Positions 8,296-18,063 of a stretch of DNA of 56,895 bases are shown one piece after another. Source of the stretch: an uncultured Eubacteriales bacterium (GTDB lineage Bacteria > Bacillota > Clostridia > Oscillospirales > Acutalibacteraceae); assembly GCA_900317315.1 (NCBI GenBank), contig ONGI01000002.1, forward strand, positions 1 to 56,895, given 5' to 3'. Numbering within the stretch: position 1 is the first letter of the stretch; the number at the start of each line of letters is the position of its first letter. A program made the translations under genes and the position numbers. A model generated the notes under the pieces. That model did not search any database and was not told the origin of the DNA. It was given only the letters and a program-made list of their open reading frames with translations.

Positions 8296-9875
8296 TCAGG
8301 ATAAACAATGTCAAGATCCCTCTCGATTACGATCGGGAAACACTCTTAAAAGCGGCGGCAAAGGAGCTGCGCGTGGAGCCAAAGGCGATTCGGTCTGTCA
8401 GCCTGTTCCGCCGTTCGGTGGACGCACGCAAAAAGGAACAGATGCACTTTATCTGCACGCTCGATGCGGAGGTCGCCGCCAACGAAAACGCGCTTCTCAA
8501 AAAAGCAAAGAACGCCGTCAGGGCGGCGCCGTATCGCTACAATATCCCCCAATGGCGTGGCGGCGCGCAGCCGGTGGTGGTCGGCTTCGGCCCTGCCGGT
8601 ATGTTTGCGGCGCTGGTTTTGGCGCAGAGCGGCGCCTGTCCGATCGTCGTGGAACGCGGCAAAGATGTGGACAGCCGCACTGCCGACGTCGATCGCTTTT
8701 GGCTGACCGGCAAGCTCGACACCACCTCCAATGTGCAGTTCGGAGAAGGCGGTGCCGGCACCTTTTCGGACGGCAAGCTGAACACCGGCACCAAGGACAG
8801 CCGCCAACGCAAGGTGCTTGATGAGTTTGTCGCACACGGCGCACCGGAGGAGATCCTCTACAACGCCAAGCCCCACATCGGCACCGACAAGCTCAAGCTG
8901 ACGGTCAGGCAGATCCGCGAGGAGATCATTTCACGCGGCGGCAAGGTGCTCTTTGAGACCAAGCTGACGGGCTTTGAGCAAAAGGTCGACCGTGTGTGCG
9001 CGGCGATCGTTGAGCATAACGGCAAGACCGAACGGATCGAAACGGACAGCCTGCTGCTCGCGGTCGGTCACAGCGCGCGCGACACCTTTGAAATGCTCTG
9101 CAACAAGGGACTGCCCATGGAAGCCAAGCCGTTTTCGGTCGGCGCACGCATCGAGCATCTGCGCGAGGAGATCGACCGCGCGCAATACGGCAAATGTGCC
9201 GGTCATCCGGCGCTCGGCGCGGCTTCCTACAAAATGAACGTCCATACCAAAAACGGCAGAGGCGCCTATACCTTCTGCATGTGTCCGGGCGGAAAGGTCG
9301 TCAATGCCTCCAGCGAAGAGGGCAGGCTGTGCACCAACGGCATGAGCGAGTTTGCGCGCGACGCGACAAACTCCAACGCCGCGCTGCTGGTGAGCGTTTC
9401 TCCTGCGGATTTCGGCGGCGACGGTCCGCTTGACGGCATGTATTACCAGCGCCGCTTGGAGGAAAAGGCGTATCGGTTCGGCGGCGGCTATCACGCGCCC
9501 GTGCAGCGTGTGGCAGATTTTTTGCAGAACCGAAAAAGCAGCCGCCTGGGTGCGGTCACGCCCTCCATTGCGCCGGACGGTGTGCTGTGCAATCTGCGCG
9601 AGCTTTTGCCCGATTATGTCAGCGAGAGCATGGCGGAGGCGATCACGGCGATGGGCAGACGCCTCAGCGGGTTTGACAACGGCGACGCCGTGCTGACCGG
9701 CGTGGAAACGCGCTCGTCCTCACCTGTCCGCATCCTGCGCAGCAGTGAGACGCTGCAATCGGTTGCCGTCGCAGGACTGTATCCCTGCGGTGAGGGCGCA
9801 GGCTATGCAGGCGGTATTGTTTCGGCGGCGGTGGACGGCATAAAATGCGCCGAAAGGATCATCAGCGGTTCCTAA
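8292..9875 (+). CDS. FAD-dependent oxidoreductase (COG2509-type)
   Basis: VVGFGPAG, FGEGGAGTFSDGKL, TFCMCPGG, GVETRSSSP, GEGAGYAGGI motifs. Confidence 0.9.
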   Translation: MIRINNVKIPLDYDRETLLKAAAKELRVEPKAIRSVSLFRRSVDARKKEQMHFICTLDAEVAANENALLKKAKNAVRAAPYRYNIPQWRGGAQPVVVGFGPAGMFAALVLAQSGACPIVVERGKDVDSRTADVDRFWLTGKLDTTSNVQFGEGGAGTFSDGKLNTGTKDSRQRKVLDEFVAHGAPEEILYNAKPHIGTDKLKLTVRQIREEIISRGGKVLFETKLTGFEQKVDRVCAAIVEHNGKTERIETDSLLLAVGHSARDTFEMLCNKGLPMEAKPFSVGARIEHLREEIDRAQYGKCAGHPALGAASYKMNVHTKNGRGAYTFCMCPGGKVVNASSEEGRLCTNGMSEFARDATNSNAALLVSVSPADFGGDGPLDGMYYQRRLEEKAYRFGGGYHAPVQRVADFLQNRKSSRLGAVTPSIAPDGVLCNLRELLPDYVSESMAEAITAMGRRLSGFDNGDAVLTGVETRSSSPVRILRSSETLQSVAVAGLYPCGEGAGYAGGIVSAAVDGIKCAERIISGS

Positions 9876-9929
9876 ACTATCTTATAAAAAAACAGCGAAC
9901 TGTTGCTTATTTATTGTTCACTTTAATGC

Positions 9930-9982
9930 TTTACTTGTTTTTGGTTTTTTGATACAATTATATTGTAGAAAAATGTTCTACA
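9930..9982 (+). promoter_or_regulatory. sigmaA-type promoter plus palindromic operator-like site
   Basis: TTTACT-17-TACAAT (TGn extended), then TGTAGAA-N5-TTCTACA at 9964-9982. Confidence 0.5.
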
Positions 9983-10002
9983 GAGAGATTTTTAAGGAGA
10001 GA

Positions 10003-10596
10003 ATGAATATGAAATTTTGTTCAAATTGCGGCAAACAGCTCAACGATGACGCCATGTTCTGCTCAGGCTGCGGCTCAAAGCAGGTAGCGGCTCCCCAGCC
10101 CCAGCAGCCTGTCAACGCCAACAACGCTGCACCTGTCAATAACTACAACGCAGCGCCCGTTCCGCCTGTGACCGGCGAAGCGGATGTGCAGCAGAACAGA
10201 GGTATTGCATGGCTGGCTTATGCGTCTTTGCTTTTGCTGGTTCCCCTCTTTGCAAGAAAGGGATCGGAATACTGCAAATTCCATGTAAAGCAAGGCGCGA
10301 CCTTGTGTGCGGTTGAGATCGTCTATTATATTCTGGAAGCTATCATCATGGCGATCGTCAAGGCGATCTTCCCCGGACAGCTCGTTTACGGCTACTTCAC
10401 CTATTATTATCAGGACAGCGCAGCGACCATTATTTTCCGTCTGCTGTTCGCTGCCGGCTCCATCTTCCTTTTGGTGCTCTCGATCATGGGTATTGTGAAC
10501 GCGGCTACCGGCAAGCAGAAGAAGCTGCCCCTCATCGGTCAGATCCCCTTTGTGGAAATGCTGATGGACAAAATCTATGCTGCACTGAACAAATAA
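10003..10596 (+). CDS. Zinc-ribbon plus DUF4870-like membrane protein
   Basis: FCSNCG..FCSGCG, a Pro/Gln/Asn linker, FHVKQG, 3 TMs, LPLIG; TAAGGAG RBS (start 10003 or 10009). Confidence 0.8.
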   Translation: MNMKFCSNCGKQLNDDAMFCSGCGSKQVAAPQPQQPVNANNAAPVNNYNAAPVPPVTGEADVQQNRGIAWLAYASLLLLVPLFARKGSEYCKFHVKQGATLCAVEIVYYILEAIIMAIVKAIFPGQLVYGYFTYYYQDSAATIIFRLLFAAGSIFLLVLSIMGIVNAATGKQKKLPLIGQIPFVEMLMDKIYAALNK

Positions 10597-10659
10597 GAAC
10601 TGCTCGCAGTCCGCTTTTATGCTGTTGCATCAGCGGCGAAGTAAAAAGCAGTTGTATAA

Positions 10660-10700
10660 AAAACTACGAGGAAATGACCGAAATCATTTCCTCGTTTTTG
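10660..10700. terminator. Bidirectional terminator between convergent transcripts
   Basis: ACGAGGAAATGA-N6-TCATTTCCTCGT flanked by A and T runs. Confidence 0.75.
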
Positions 10701-11042
10701 CGACTGCGTCTGTAAGCCGGGTTCTGTCTTGAACAGCCATCTATCTTGGCAGCAGGTTGCCCCGACTGCTCGATGCCACCTCCACGGAACGCGCCGAGCA
10801 AGCGCATGTGTTCCTCCACGGTGTTGCTTCAAATAGGGTTTACACGGCAGAGCAGTCTCCTGCCCTCCGGTGAGCTCTTACCTCACCTTTCCATCCTTGC
10901 CGTCAAACGGCGGTTATTTTCTGTTGCACTATCCCTGGGGTCGCCCCCGGCGGCCGTTAGCCGTTATTATTGCTCTGTGAAGCCCGGACTTTCCTCGCAC
11001 AGACCCTTTCGGGCGCTGCTCGCGGCTGTTCGGCGCACTCGC
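10700..11042 (-). ncRNA. rnpB: RNase P RNA (bacterial, probably type A)
   Basis: Minus strand GAGGAAAGTCCGGGC ... ACAGAACCCGGCTTAC (P4 signatures); complementary 5' and 3' ends; TTGACA upstream at 11072-11077. Confidence 0.96.
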
Positions 11043-11125
11043 ACTATTATATTAAATCAAAATCTCAAAAATGTCAAATAGTTCTTGCCGATTAGCAAAA
11101 ATTGTTTTTATAAAGGAGTCATCAC

Positions 11126-12298
11126 ATGGATATCAGAGAAGAATCATTAAAGCTGCATTATGACTGGAACGGCAAAATCGAGGTCATTTCGCGCGTGCCC
11201 ATCAGCTCCTCCGAGGACTTGGCGCTCGCCTATACGCCCGGCGTTGCAGAGCCTTGTCTGGAGGTGCAGAAGGATATCAACAAAAGCTATGAGCTGACCA
11301 GAAGAAACAATCTGGTGGCGGTCGTCACCGACGGCACGGCGGTGCTCGGCTTGGGCGACATCGGTCCCGAGGCAGGCATGCCGGTGATGGAGGGCAAGTG
11401 CGCGCTGTTCAAGGCGTTCGGCGACGTGGATGCATTCCCGATTTGTATCAAGAGCAAGGACGTAGACGAGATCGTCAACACGGTCTATTTGATCAGCGGC
11501 AGCTTCGGCGGCATCAATTTAGAGGATATTTCCGCGCCGCGCTGCTTTGAGATCGAGAAAAAGCTCAAGGAAAAATGCGATATTCCGATCTTCCATGACG
11601 ACCAGCACGGCACCGCGATCATCGTGGCGGCAGGTCTGCTCAATGCCCTGAAGATCACGGGCAAGAAGATAGACGAGATCAGGGTCGTGATGAACGGCGC
11701 CGGTGCGGCAGGTATTGCCATTGCCAAGCACCTGATGAACATGGGCGTCAAGCACATCACCATGTGCGACAGCAAGGGCATCATTTGCAAGGGAGACGAA
11801 AAGCTCAACGCCGTCAAGCGCGAGATGGCGGAGATCACCAACCTTGAGCACAAGACCGGCAAGCTCGCCGACGCGATGGTCGGTGCGGACGTCTTTCTCG
11901 GTATTTCTGCGGCAGGCTGTGTGAGCAAGGAAATGGTGCAGAGCATGAACAAGGACGCGATCATCTTTGCGATGGCAAATCCCACACCCGAGATCATGCC
12001 CGACCTCGCAAAGGAAGCCGGCGCGGCTGTTGTCGGCACCGGCAGAAGCGACTTCCCCAACCAGATCAACAACGTGCTCGCGTTCCCGGGCATCTTCCGC
12101 GGTGCGCTCGACTGCCGCGCCAGCGACATCAATGAGGAGATGAAGATCGCCGCTTCCTATGCGCTCGCGTCCATCATCGACGAAAGCGAGCTGAACGCCG
12201 ACTACATTCTCCCCCACGCCTTTGACCCCAGAGTCGGCAAGGCAGTCGCCGAGGCTGTCAAAAAGGCTGCAAAGGAATCCGGTGTGGCAAGGATCTAA
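11126..12298 (+). CDS. NAD(P)-dependent malic enzyme
   Basis: [52 protein letters not shown] motifs. Confidence 0.95.
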   Translation: MDIREESLKLHYDWNGKIEVISRVPISSSEDLALAYTPGVAEPCLEVQKDINKSYELTRRNNLVAVVTDGTAVLGLGDIGPEAGMPVMEGKCALFKAFGDVDAFPICIKSKDVDEIVNTVYLISGSFGGINLEDISAPRCFEIEKKLKEKCDIPIFHDDQHGTAIIVAAGLLNALKITGKKIDEIRVVMNGAGAAGIAIAKHLMNMGVKHITMCDSKGIICKGDEKLNAVKREMAEITNLEHKTGKLADAMVGADVFLGISAAGCVSKEMVQSMNKDAIIFAMANPTPEIMPDLAKEAGAAVVGTGRSDFPNQINNVLAFPGIFRGALDCRASDINEEMKIAASYALASIIDESELNADYILPHAFDPRVGKAVAEAVKKAAKESGVARI

Positions 12299-12328
12299 GC
12301 CCATCATTATAAATGAAAATAAAGAATC

Positions 12329-12370
12329 AGGCTCAAACGGCTATGGAAACCGTTTGAGCCTTTGTTTTGT
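12329..12370. terminator. Terminator between convergent genes
   Basis: AGGCTCAAACGG-N9-CCGTTTGAGCCT then TTGTTTT. Confidence 0.75.
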
Positions 12371-12371
12371 A

Positions 12372-15300
12372 TCAGACATATTCTGCGATCTTTCTCTGCA
12401 AAAAGGTGTCGTCATGGATATCAAACACGCCGTCGCCGTTTGCGTCCGCAAGCTGCAAAGCAGCCGGATCGGACACATCCAAAACAGGCAGACCGTCCGT
12501 GCTTTTGAATTCTGCCAGATGACGCTGCATCATGGTGGCGTCGCTGACAGTGATAAAGCCGTCGCCGTCAATATCGCCGATCAAGCGGAGTGAGAGCACA
12601 GGCGCCGTCATGTCTCCTGATACGGAGATCACAGCCTCAGCCGCTGTGCAGTCCTGCCTGAAAGCGCGCAGTGTATAGTCACCCAAACCGACATGTTCAA
12701 AGGTGTAGCTTCCGTCAGCGCTTGTCTGCACGGTCTGCACAGCGTCCTGCGCGCCGTTGGGGATCAGCTCGACCGTGACGCCGCTCGGGTCGGACGCGCT
12801 GACCGTGCCGCTGACAGTTGCCGCTCGTTCGGCGACCTCGACCGTATAGGCTGAACAGTCAAACTGAACGAGGCGCCTGTCGGCATTAAAGAACCGCGCT
12901 GTTTCGGGCAGTACGCTGATCGGATATTGACCTGCAGGCGCATTCTCTTTCAGCTTAAAGCGCAGCTGCGCAAGCCTGCCGGTGCCGGTGCTGTTTGTCT
13001 GCGAGAGGTCATTGATGATCGAGCAGTGGATCGGACTGCCCTCCTTGTCGGAGATCACCGAAGCCGTGCAGTCAAAGGGCGCTTCCGCCGTTCCGCCTGT
13101 GTAGGTAAGCGCTTCGGTGTCGTAGGCGACGTCAAAATCGGCGGAGACGATCCCCGGATCCTCGGTCAAAACCACCTCTATGATCATCTCCTCCGCACTG
13201 TCCGCAGTGCTTCTTTGAACCGCAAGCGAGCCGCTTCCGGCAACCGTCATGTCGAGCTGTACCGGCAATCCGTCGCAGCCTTCCGTATGCGCCAAATAGC
13301 CGGCCAGGATCAGGCGGTCGGTGGCATCGACTGCGCCGTCGGCGTTGAGGTCGGCGTTTTGCACCGCTTCATAACCGCGCAGCTGCGCCACATGTGCACA
13401 GAGAAGCACGTAGTCGATCGGCGTCACATAGCCGTCGCCGTCAATATCGCCGAGATAATGATCGGGCTTTTCGGCGGTGACGTTGACCGTGACGGTCTGT
13501 TTTACGGCATTTGCTGTGCTTCCTGCACTGACGGTTACGATCGCTGTGCCGGGTTGGTGCGCCGTGATCAGTCCTTCCGCAGTGACAGTGGCTACATTGG
13601 TGTCGGAGGATTGATAGGTATAGGGATAAAGCGAGTTGAGCGGAGAAACAAATTTGGCGGCGCGGTAGCTTGCGTTGGCTTTCAGGGTGATCTCCTCGTC
13701 GGAGAGCGTCAGCGACGAAATGTAATGTACCGTTGTATAGTTGGTGCCGATCGTCGTCGTGGCCGGCGCGTCAACCGTTCCGCCGCAGCGGTATATGGTG
13801 TTTTTGTCAACCAGCTTGGCGGCAGAGCCGTCGTTGTCTATCTTAACCGCGGTGCTGCCTGTTCTCAAAAAGCGGTTTTCCGCAATTCTATTCGTCACCG
13901 ACGAACCGATAGAGAGCAGGATGCCGCGGTTCGCGGTGTCTCGTATCTCATTGTTGACGATCGAATCGATGGTCGCGGCATAAAAGCCCATTCCGTATTT
14001 GCCGGTGGTCATGATGTCGTTGGAATGGATCTCCTTGACCGAACAGGTGTCAAGCTGTATGCCGTTGACAGGGATGTTCTGTATATAGTTTTTGTTGATA
14101 TAGGCGTTGCTGACGTTATGGCGCATCACGATGCCGTAATCGTTGTTGTTGCTCGTGCCGAGGGAGCTGATGACATTGCCCTCGACAACGATGTTTTTTG
14201 CGTATTCCACGCGGATGCCGTTGCCTTTGGCGCTGATATAATTGTGCCTGACAGCTGCATTGATGCATTGGTGTACGCCCTGCGGAAGTGCGCCGGAGGT
14301 GATATTGCTGCCCATAACAGAAATCGCCGCGCGCTCGTAGGACGAATAATTATCCGTGACTGTGGCGCAGTTGGTGATGGTATTGTTCTCAATAAAAACA
14401 TTTGCCCAGTGCGTTTCCATATCATGCGAAAAATGCTGAACGGTGTCGCCCTCTGCTGCCATATCGCCCGATAAGCAGGTGCCGGAAGCAGCGGCAGTAT
14501 AAACAGCGATCGCCCTGGGCACTGAGTCGATCAGGTTGCCGGTGATATGTGCATTTGCCCAGCCGAGGGTCTGAATGGCAACGCTTCCCATATTGAGGAA
14601 GGTATTGTTGCGTATCGTGATGTTGCGGTGCGGATTGTTGAATACGGAGGTATGGGAGCCGACGCCGCGCGGACAATTGCGGAAGGTGCAGTCTTCGATC
14701 AGAACATTTTTGCAGCACAGATCCTCGGAGCGGTAATCGTAGAAGTTGCCGTCCTTGACAATATCGAGCTGCAAGGCTTCATATGCCTGCGTAAAACCTT
14801 CGTCCGCAAGCTGGTCGGAAAAGGAGCAGCCGGTTACGGTGAGTCCGTCCACGGCGGCGGTTTCTACAAAGTGATAGTTGTGGCTGTTGCAGAAGCTGAC
14901 ATTTTTCATCATCACGTTTTTGGCATGACCGATTTTGAGCACGGTACCCTCAAGCCACGCCGCGTCAAAGACGCCGCCCTCAATCGTGATATTGCGGTAA
15001 TGATAGCCGGTGACACCGTCGGTGAAGCTGTCCATTTTGCCGACGCGCAGCATGTTTCGCGCCTGCGGTGAGCGCACCAGCTTGACGCCGTTCATCGAGA
15101 GCCATGTGTTGCTGTAAATCTCCAACCGGTCGTAGAGATAATAGGTGCCTGCCGGCACAACAATTTTGCAGATGTTCGCTTCGGTCGCATTTTCCTTGGC
15201 TGTCAGCAGCGCTTTGCTAATGGCGCCGCCCTGCTCTCTTTCCATATCCTCTTTGCTGATTTCGATAACCGTGACGCCGGCTGTTTGATGGCTGTCGGCG

Positions 15301-15389
15301 GCTGATACTGAAGGTATAAAGAATAAGAATAAGAATAAGATTATACTCAAAAAAAGCGCAGTAAGCTTGTGTTGTACGGATTTAATCAT
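12372..15389 (-). CDS. Secreted modular protein: signal peptide, right-handed beta-helix, Ig-like Big_2, dockerin, cohesin, beta-sandwich, dockerin
   Basis: Signal ending VSAA; parallel beta-helix repeats (NITIRNNTF etc.); YQSSDTNVATV..G.ITA..PGTA.VTV; two GDIDGDG/ADxNxDG dockerin pairs; PGIVSADFDVAYDTEAL..G.LAQLRFKLKENAPAGQYPI cohesin-like segment. Confidence 0.85.
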   Translation of the reverse strand: MIKSVQHKLTALFLSIILFLFLFFIPSVSAADSHQTAGVTVIEISKEDMEREQGGAISKALLTAKENATEANICKIVVPAGTYYLYDRLEIYSNTWLSMNGVKLVRSPQARNMLRVGKMDSFTDGVTGYHYRNITIEGGVFDAAWLEGTVLKIGHAKNVMMKNVSFCNSHNYHFVETAAVDGLTVTGCSFSDQLADEGFTQAYEALQLDIVKDGNFYDYRSEDLCCKNVLIEDCTFRNCPRGVGSHTSVFNNPHRNITIRNNTFLNMGSVAIQTLGWANAHITGNLIDSVPRAIAVYTAAASGTCLSGDMAAEGDTVQHFSHDMETHWANVFIENNTITNCATVTDNYSSYERAAISVMGSNITSGALPQGVHQCINAAVRHNYISAKGNGIRVEYAKNIVVEGNVISSLGTSNNNDYGIVMRHNVSNAYINKNYIQNIPVNGIQLDTCSVKEIHSNDIMTTGKYGMGFYAATIDSIVNNEIRDTANRGILLSIGSSVTNRIAENRFLRTGSTAVKIDNDGSAAKLVDKNTIYRCGGTVDAPATTTIGTNYTTVHYISSLTLSDEEITLKANASYRAAKFVSPLNSLYPYTYQSSDTNVATVTAEGLITAHQPGTAIVTVSAGSTANAVKQTVTVNVTAEKPDHYLGDIDGDGYVTPIDYVLLCAHVAQLRGYEAVQNADLNADGAVDATDRLILAGYLAHTEGCDGLPVQLDMTVAGSGSLAVQRSTADSAEEMIIEVVLTEDPGIVSADFDVAYDTEALTYTGGTAEAPFDCTASVISDKEGSPIHCSIINDLSQTNSTGTGRLAQLRFKLKENAPAGQYPISVLPETARFFNADRRLVQFDCSAYTVEVAERAATVSGTVSASDPSGVTVELIPNGAQDAVQTVQTSADGSYTFEHVGLGDYTLRAFRQDCTAAEAVISVSGDMTAPVLSLRLIGDIDGDGFITVSDATMMQRHLAEFKSTDGLPVLDVSDPAALQLADANGDGVFDIHDDTFLQRKIAEYV

Positions 15390-15423
15390 TTTGCCCTCTC
15401 CGTTTGTGTAAAATAACGGAGTT

Positions 15424-15452
15424 ATTATACTTCAGTTTACAAAAAATGTAAA
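15424..15452 (-). promoter_or_regulatory. sigmaA-type promoter with a palindrome over the -35
   Basis: TTTACA-17-TATAAT; TTTACA-N5-TGTAAA inverted repeat at 15436-15452. Confidence 0.55.
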
Positions 15453-15514
15453 GAACTATATCGAAACTGATAAAAAATGTCAAATATTTTATATTAAAAG
15501 CCAGCACTAAAGAT

Positions 15515-15548
15515 AAAAAAAGGCGCTCCGCATTATGCGAAACGCCTT
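15515..15548 (-). terminator. pur operon terminator
   Basis: AAGGCGTTTCGCAT/ATGCGGAGCGCCTT hairpin followed by a T run. Confidence 0.75.
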
Positions 15549-15552
15549 CAAA

Positions 15553-16818
15553 TCATTTGGTTCTGCCAATATCGGTACGATAGTGCGCACCCTCGAAGGA
15601 AATCTTCTTAACCGCCGCATACGCCTTTTCCAGCGCTTCGTCCAGTGTGGGCGCCTTTGCGGTCACCCCCAGCACTCTGCCGCCGTTGGTGTAGAATTTG
15701 CCGTTTTCAAACTTGGTGCCGGCATGGTAGACAATCGCGCCGTCCACCTGACCGTTTTCGTCCAAGCCGGTCATCTCGATTCCCTTTTTGTAGGAGACAG
15801 GATAGCCGCCGCTCGCCATGACAACGCAGGCTGCCGCGCCGTCCTCCCATTCAATATCCAAATCGGACAGGCGCTCGTCAATGACTGCCTCGCAGATTTC
15901 TACCAAATCGGTTTTCAGTCTGGGAAGCACCACCTGCGCCTCGGGGTCGCCAAAACGCGCATTGTACTCAATCACCTTGGGACCCTTGGGGGTCATCATC
16001 AGACCAAAATACAGACAACCCTTGAAGGGTCTGCCCTCCTTGCGCATCGCCTCGATGGTGGGAACAAAGATAGTCTGCATACACTCGTCCGCCAGCGCGT
16101 CGGTGTAATAGGGATTCGGGCTGACAGTGCCCATGCCGCCGGTGTTCAGACCCTCGTCGTTGTCGTAGGCGCGCTTGTGATCCTTGGAGCTGACCATGGG
16201 TTTGACGCAGTGACCGTCGGTAAACGCGAGCACCGACACCTCGGGACCCGTCAAAAATTCCTCGATAACAATTTGATTGCCGGACTCACCGAACTGCTTG
16301 TCCTCCATGATGGACTTGACAGCGGCGACCGCCTCGTCAATTGTCTGCGCGATAATAACGCCCTTGCCGAGCGCCAGACCGTCCGCCTTGACGACAACCG
16401 GTGTGGTGTTCTCAGTCTTTATATAGTCAATCGCCTTTTGCGGGTCGTCAAACACCTCATATTTGGCGGTCGGAATGCTGTACTTTTTCATCATGTTCTT
16501 GGAGAACACCTTGCTTGCCTCGATGATCGCGGCGTCGGCGTTCGGACCGAAGGCGCGGATGCCTGCCGCTTCCAGTGCATCCACCATGCCTGCGGCAAGC
16601 GGATCATCGGGAGCGACAAAAACAAGGTCAATGGCGTTGTCCTTGGCAAACTTGACCATGCCCTCTTTGTCCATCACGTTGATGGCGACGGTTTCGGCGT
16701 CGCGTGAAATGCCGCCGTTGCCGGGAGCACAGTAGAGCTTTTCACATTTGGGGCTTTCAAGCAGCTTTTTGATGAGCGCGTGCTCTCTGCCGCCGGAGCC
16801 TATCATTAAAATTTTCAT
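15553..16818 (-). CDS. purD: Phosphoribosylamine--glycine ligase
   Basis: GSGGREHAL, KADGLALGKGV, NTGGMG, EYNARFGDPE. Confidence 0.97.
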   Translation of the reverse strand: MKILMIGSGGREHALIKKLLESPKCEKLYCAPGNGGISRDAETVAINVMDKEGMVKFAKDNAIDLVFVAPDDPLAAGMVDALEAAGIRAFGPNADAAIIEASKVFSKNMMKKYSIPTAKYEVFDDPQKAIDYIKTENTTPVVVKADGLALGKGVIIAQTIDEAVAAVKSIMEDKQFGESGNQIVIEEFLTGPEVSVLAFTDGHCVKPMVSSKDHKRAYDNDEGLNTGGMGTVSPNPYYTDALADECMQTIFVPTIEAMRKEGRPFKGCLYFGLMMTPKGPKVIEYNARFGDPEAQVVLPRLKTDLVEICEAVIDERLSDLDIEWEDGAAACVVMASGGYPVSYKKGIEMTGLDENGQVDGAIVYHAGTKFENGKFYTNGGRVLGVTAKAPTLDEALEKAYAAVKKISFEGAHYRTDIGRTK

Positions 16819-16848
16819 GGGAAACTACCTCCGACTCTCCGCAAATGA

Positions 16849-18027
16849 TCAGTGGTGGAACAGACGGATGCCGGTAAAGCACATCGTCATGTTGTATTTG
16901 TCGCAGGTTTCGATCACGTTGTCGTCGCGGATAGAGCCGCCGGGCTGCGCCACATACTGCACACCGGAACGCTTGGCGCGTTCGATGTTGTCGCCGAACG
17001 GGAAGAACGCGTCGCTGCCGAGCGATACGCCGCTGAACGTGCTGAGCCACTGCTTCTTCTCTTCCTTGGTGAGCGGCTCGGGCTTTGTCTTGAAGAACTG
17101 CTCCCAAATACCGTCTGCGAGCACGTCCTCATAGTCGTCGGAGATATAGACGTCGATGGTATTGTCGCGGTCGGGACGGCGGATATTATCGACAAACGGC
17201 AGGTTCATTACCTTGGGATGCTGTCTGAGGAACCAAATGTCCGCCTTGTTGCCGGCGAGTCTGGTGCAGTGGATACGCGACTGCTGACCGGCGCCGACGC
17301 CAATCGCCTGTCCGCCCTTGGCGTAGCAAACGGAGTTGGACTGGGTATATTTGAGGGTGATCAGCGCGATCAGCAGGTCGCGCTTGGCTTCCTCGGGCAG
17401 CTCCTTGTTTTGGGTGACGATGTTCTGCATGAGCATGGCTTCGTCGATTTTCAGCTCGTTTCTGCCCTGCTCAAAGGTGATGCCGAAAACGTCCTTGTGC
17501 TCGATCGGAGCGGGAACGTAGTTCGGGTCAATCTTGACGACGTTATAGGTGCCCTTTCTCTTGGTCTTGAGCACCTCGAGCGCCTCGGGTGTGTAGTCCG
17601 GCGCGATGATGCCGTCGGAGACCTCGCGCTGCAGCAGCTTGGCGGTCTGCACGTCGCAGGTGTCGGAGAGCGCGACCCAGTCGCCGTAGGAGGACATTCT
17701 GTCAGCGCCGCGCGCCATGGCATAGGCGGACGCGATCGGAGAAAGCTCCAAATCGTCTACAAAATAAATCTTTTTGAGCGTGTCGGAAAGCTCGGTGGCA
17801 ACCGCCGCACCGGCAGGGCTGACGTGCTTGAACGAAGCTGCCGCAGGCAGTCCGGTAGCCGCCTTCAGCTCGCGGACAAGCTGGAAGGAGTTGAATGCGT
17901 CGAGAAAATTGATATAGCCCGGCTTGCCGTTGAGCACCTCAACAGGCAGGTCTTTTCCGTCCTGCATAAAAATACGCGAGGGCTTTTGGTTGGGGTTGCA
18001 GCCGTATTTGAGCGAAAGTTCATTCAT
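16849..18027 (-). CDS. purH: AICAR transformylase (PurH C-terminal domain only)
   Basis: LKYGCNPNQ, SFKHVSPAG, KYTQSNSV, GAGQQSRIHCTRLAG, SDAFFPFGD; no N-terminal MGS-like cyclohydrolase domain. Confidence 0.92.
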   Translation of the reverse strand: MNELSLKYGCNPNQKPSRIFMQDGKDLPVEVLNGKPGYINFLDAFNSFQLVRELKAATGLPAAASFKHVSPAGAAVATELSDTLKKIYFVDDLELSPIASAYAMARGADRMSSYGDWVALSDTCDVQTAKLLQREVSDGIIAPDYTPEALEVLKTKRKGTYNVVKIDPNYVPAPIEHKDVFGITFEQGRNELKIDEAMLMQNIVTQNKELPEEAKRDLLIALITLKYTQSNSVCYAKGGQAIGVGAGQQSRIHCTRLAGNKADIWFLRQHPKVMNLPFVDNIRRPDRDNTIDVYISDDYEDVLADGIWEQFFKTKPEPLTKEEKKQWLSTFSGVSLGSDAFFPFGDNIERAKRSGVQYVAQPGGSIRDDNVIETCDKYNMTMCFTGIRLFHH

Positions 18028-18063
18028 CGGGATCGTCCCTTTCTGTGTGATTTGATAACTGGT

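Noticed and set aside
11081-11115. Rex box upstream of the malic enzyme gene
   Set aside because: Only one half-site (TTAGCAA) matches
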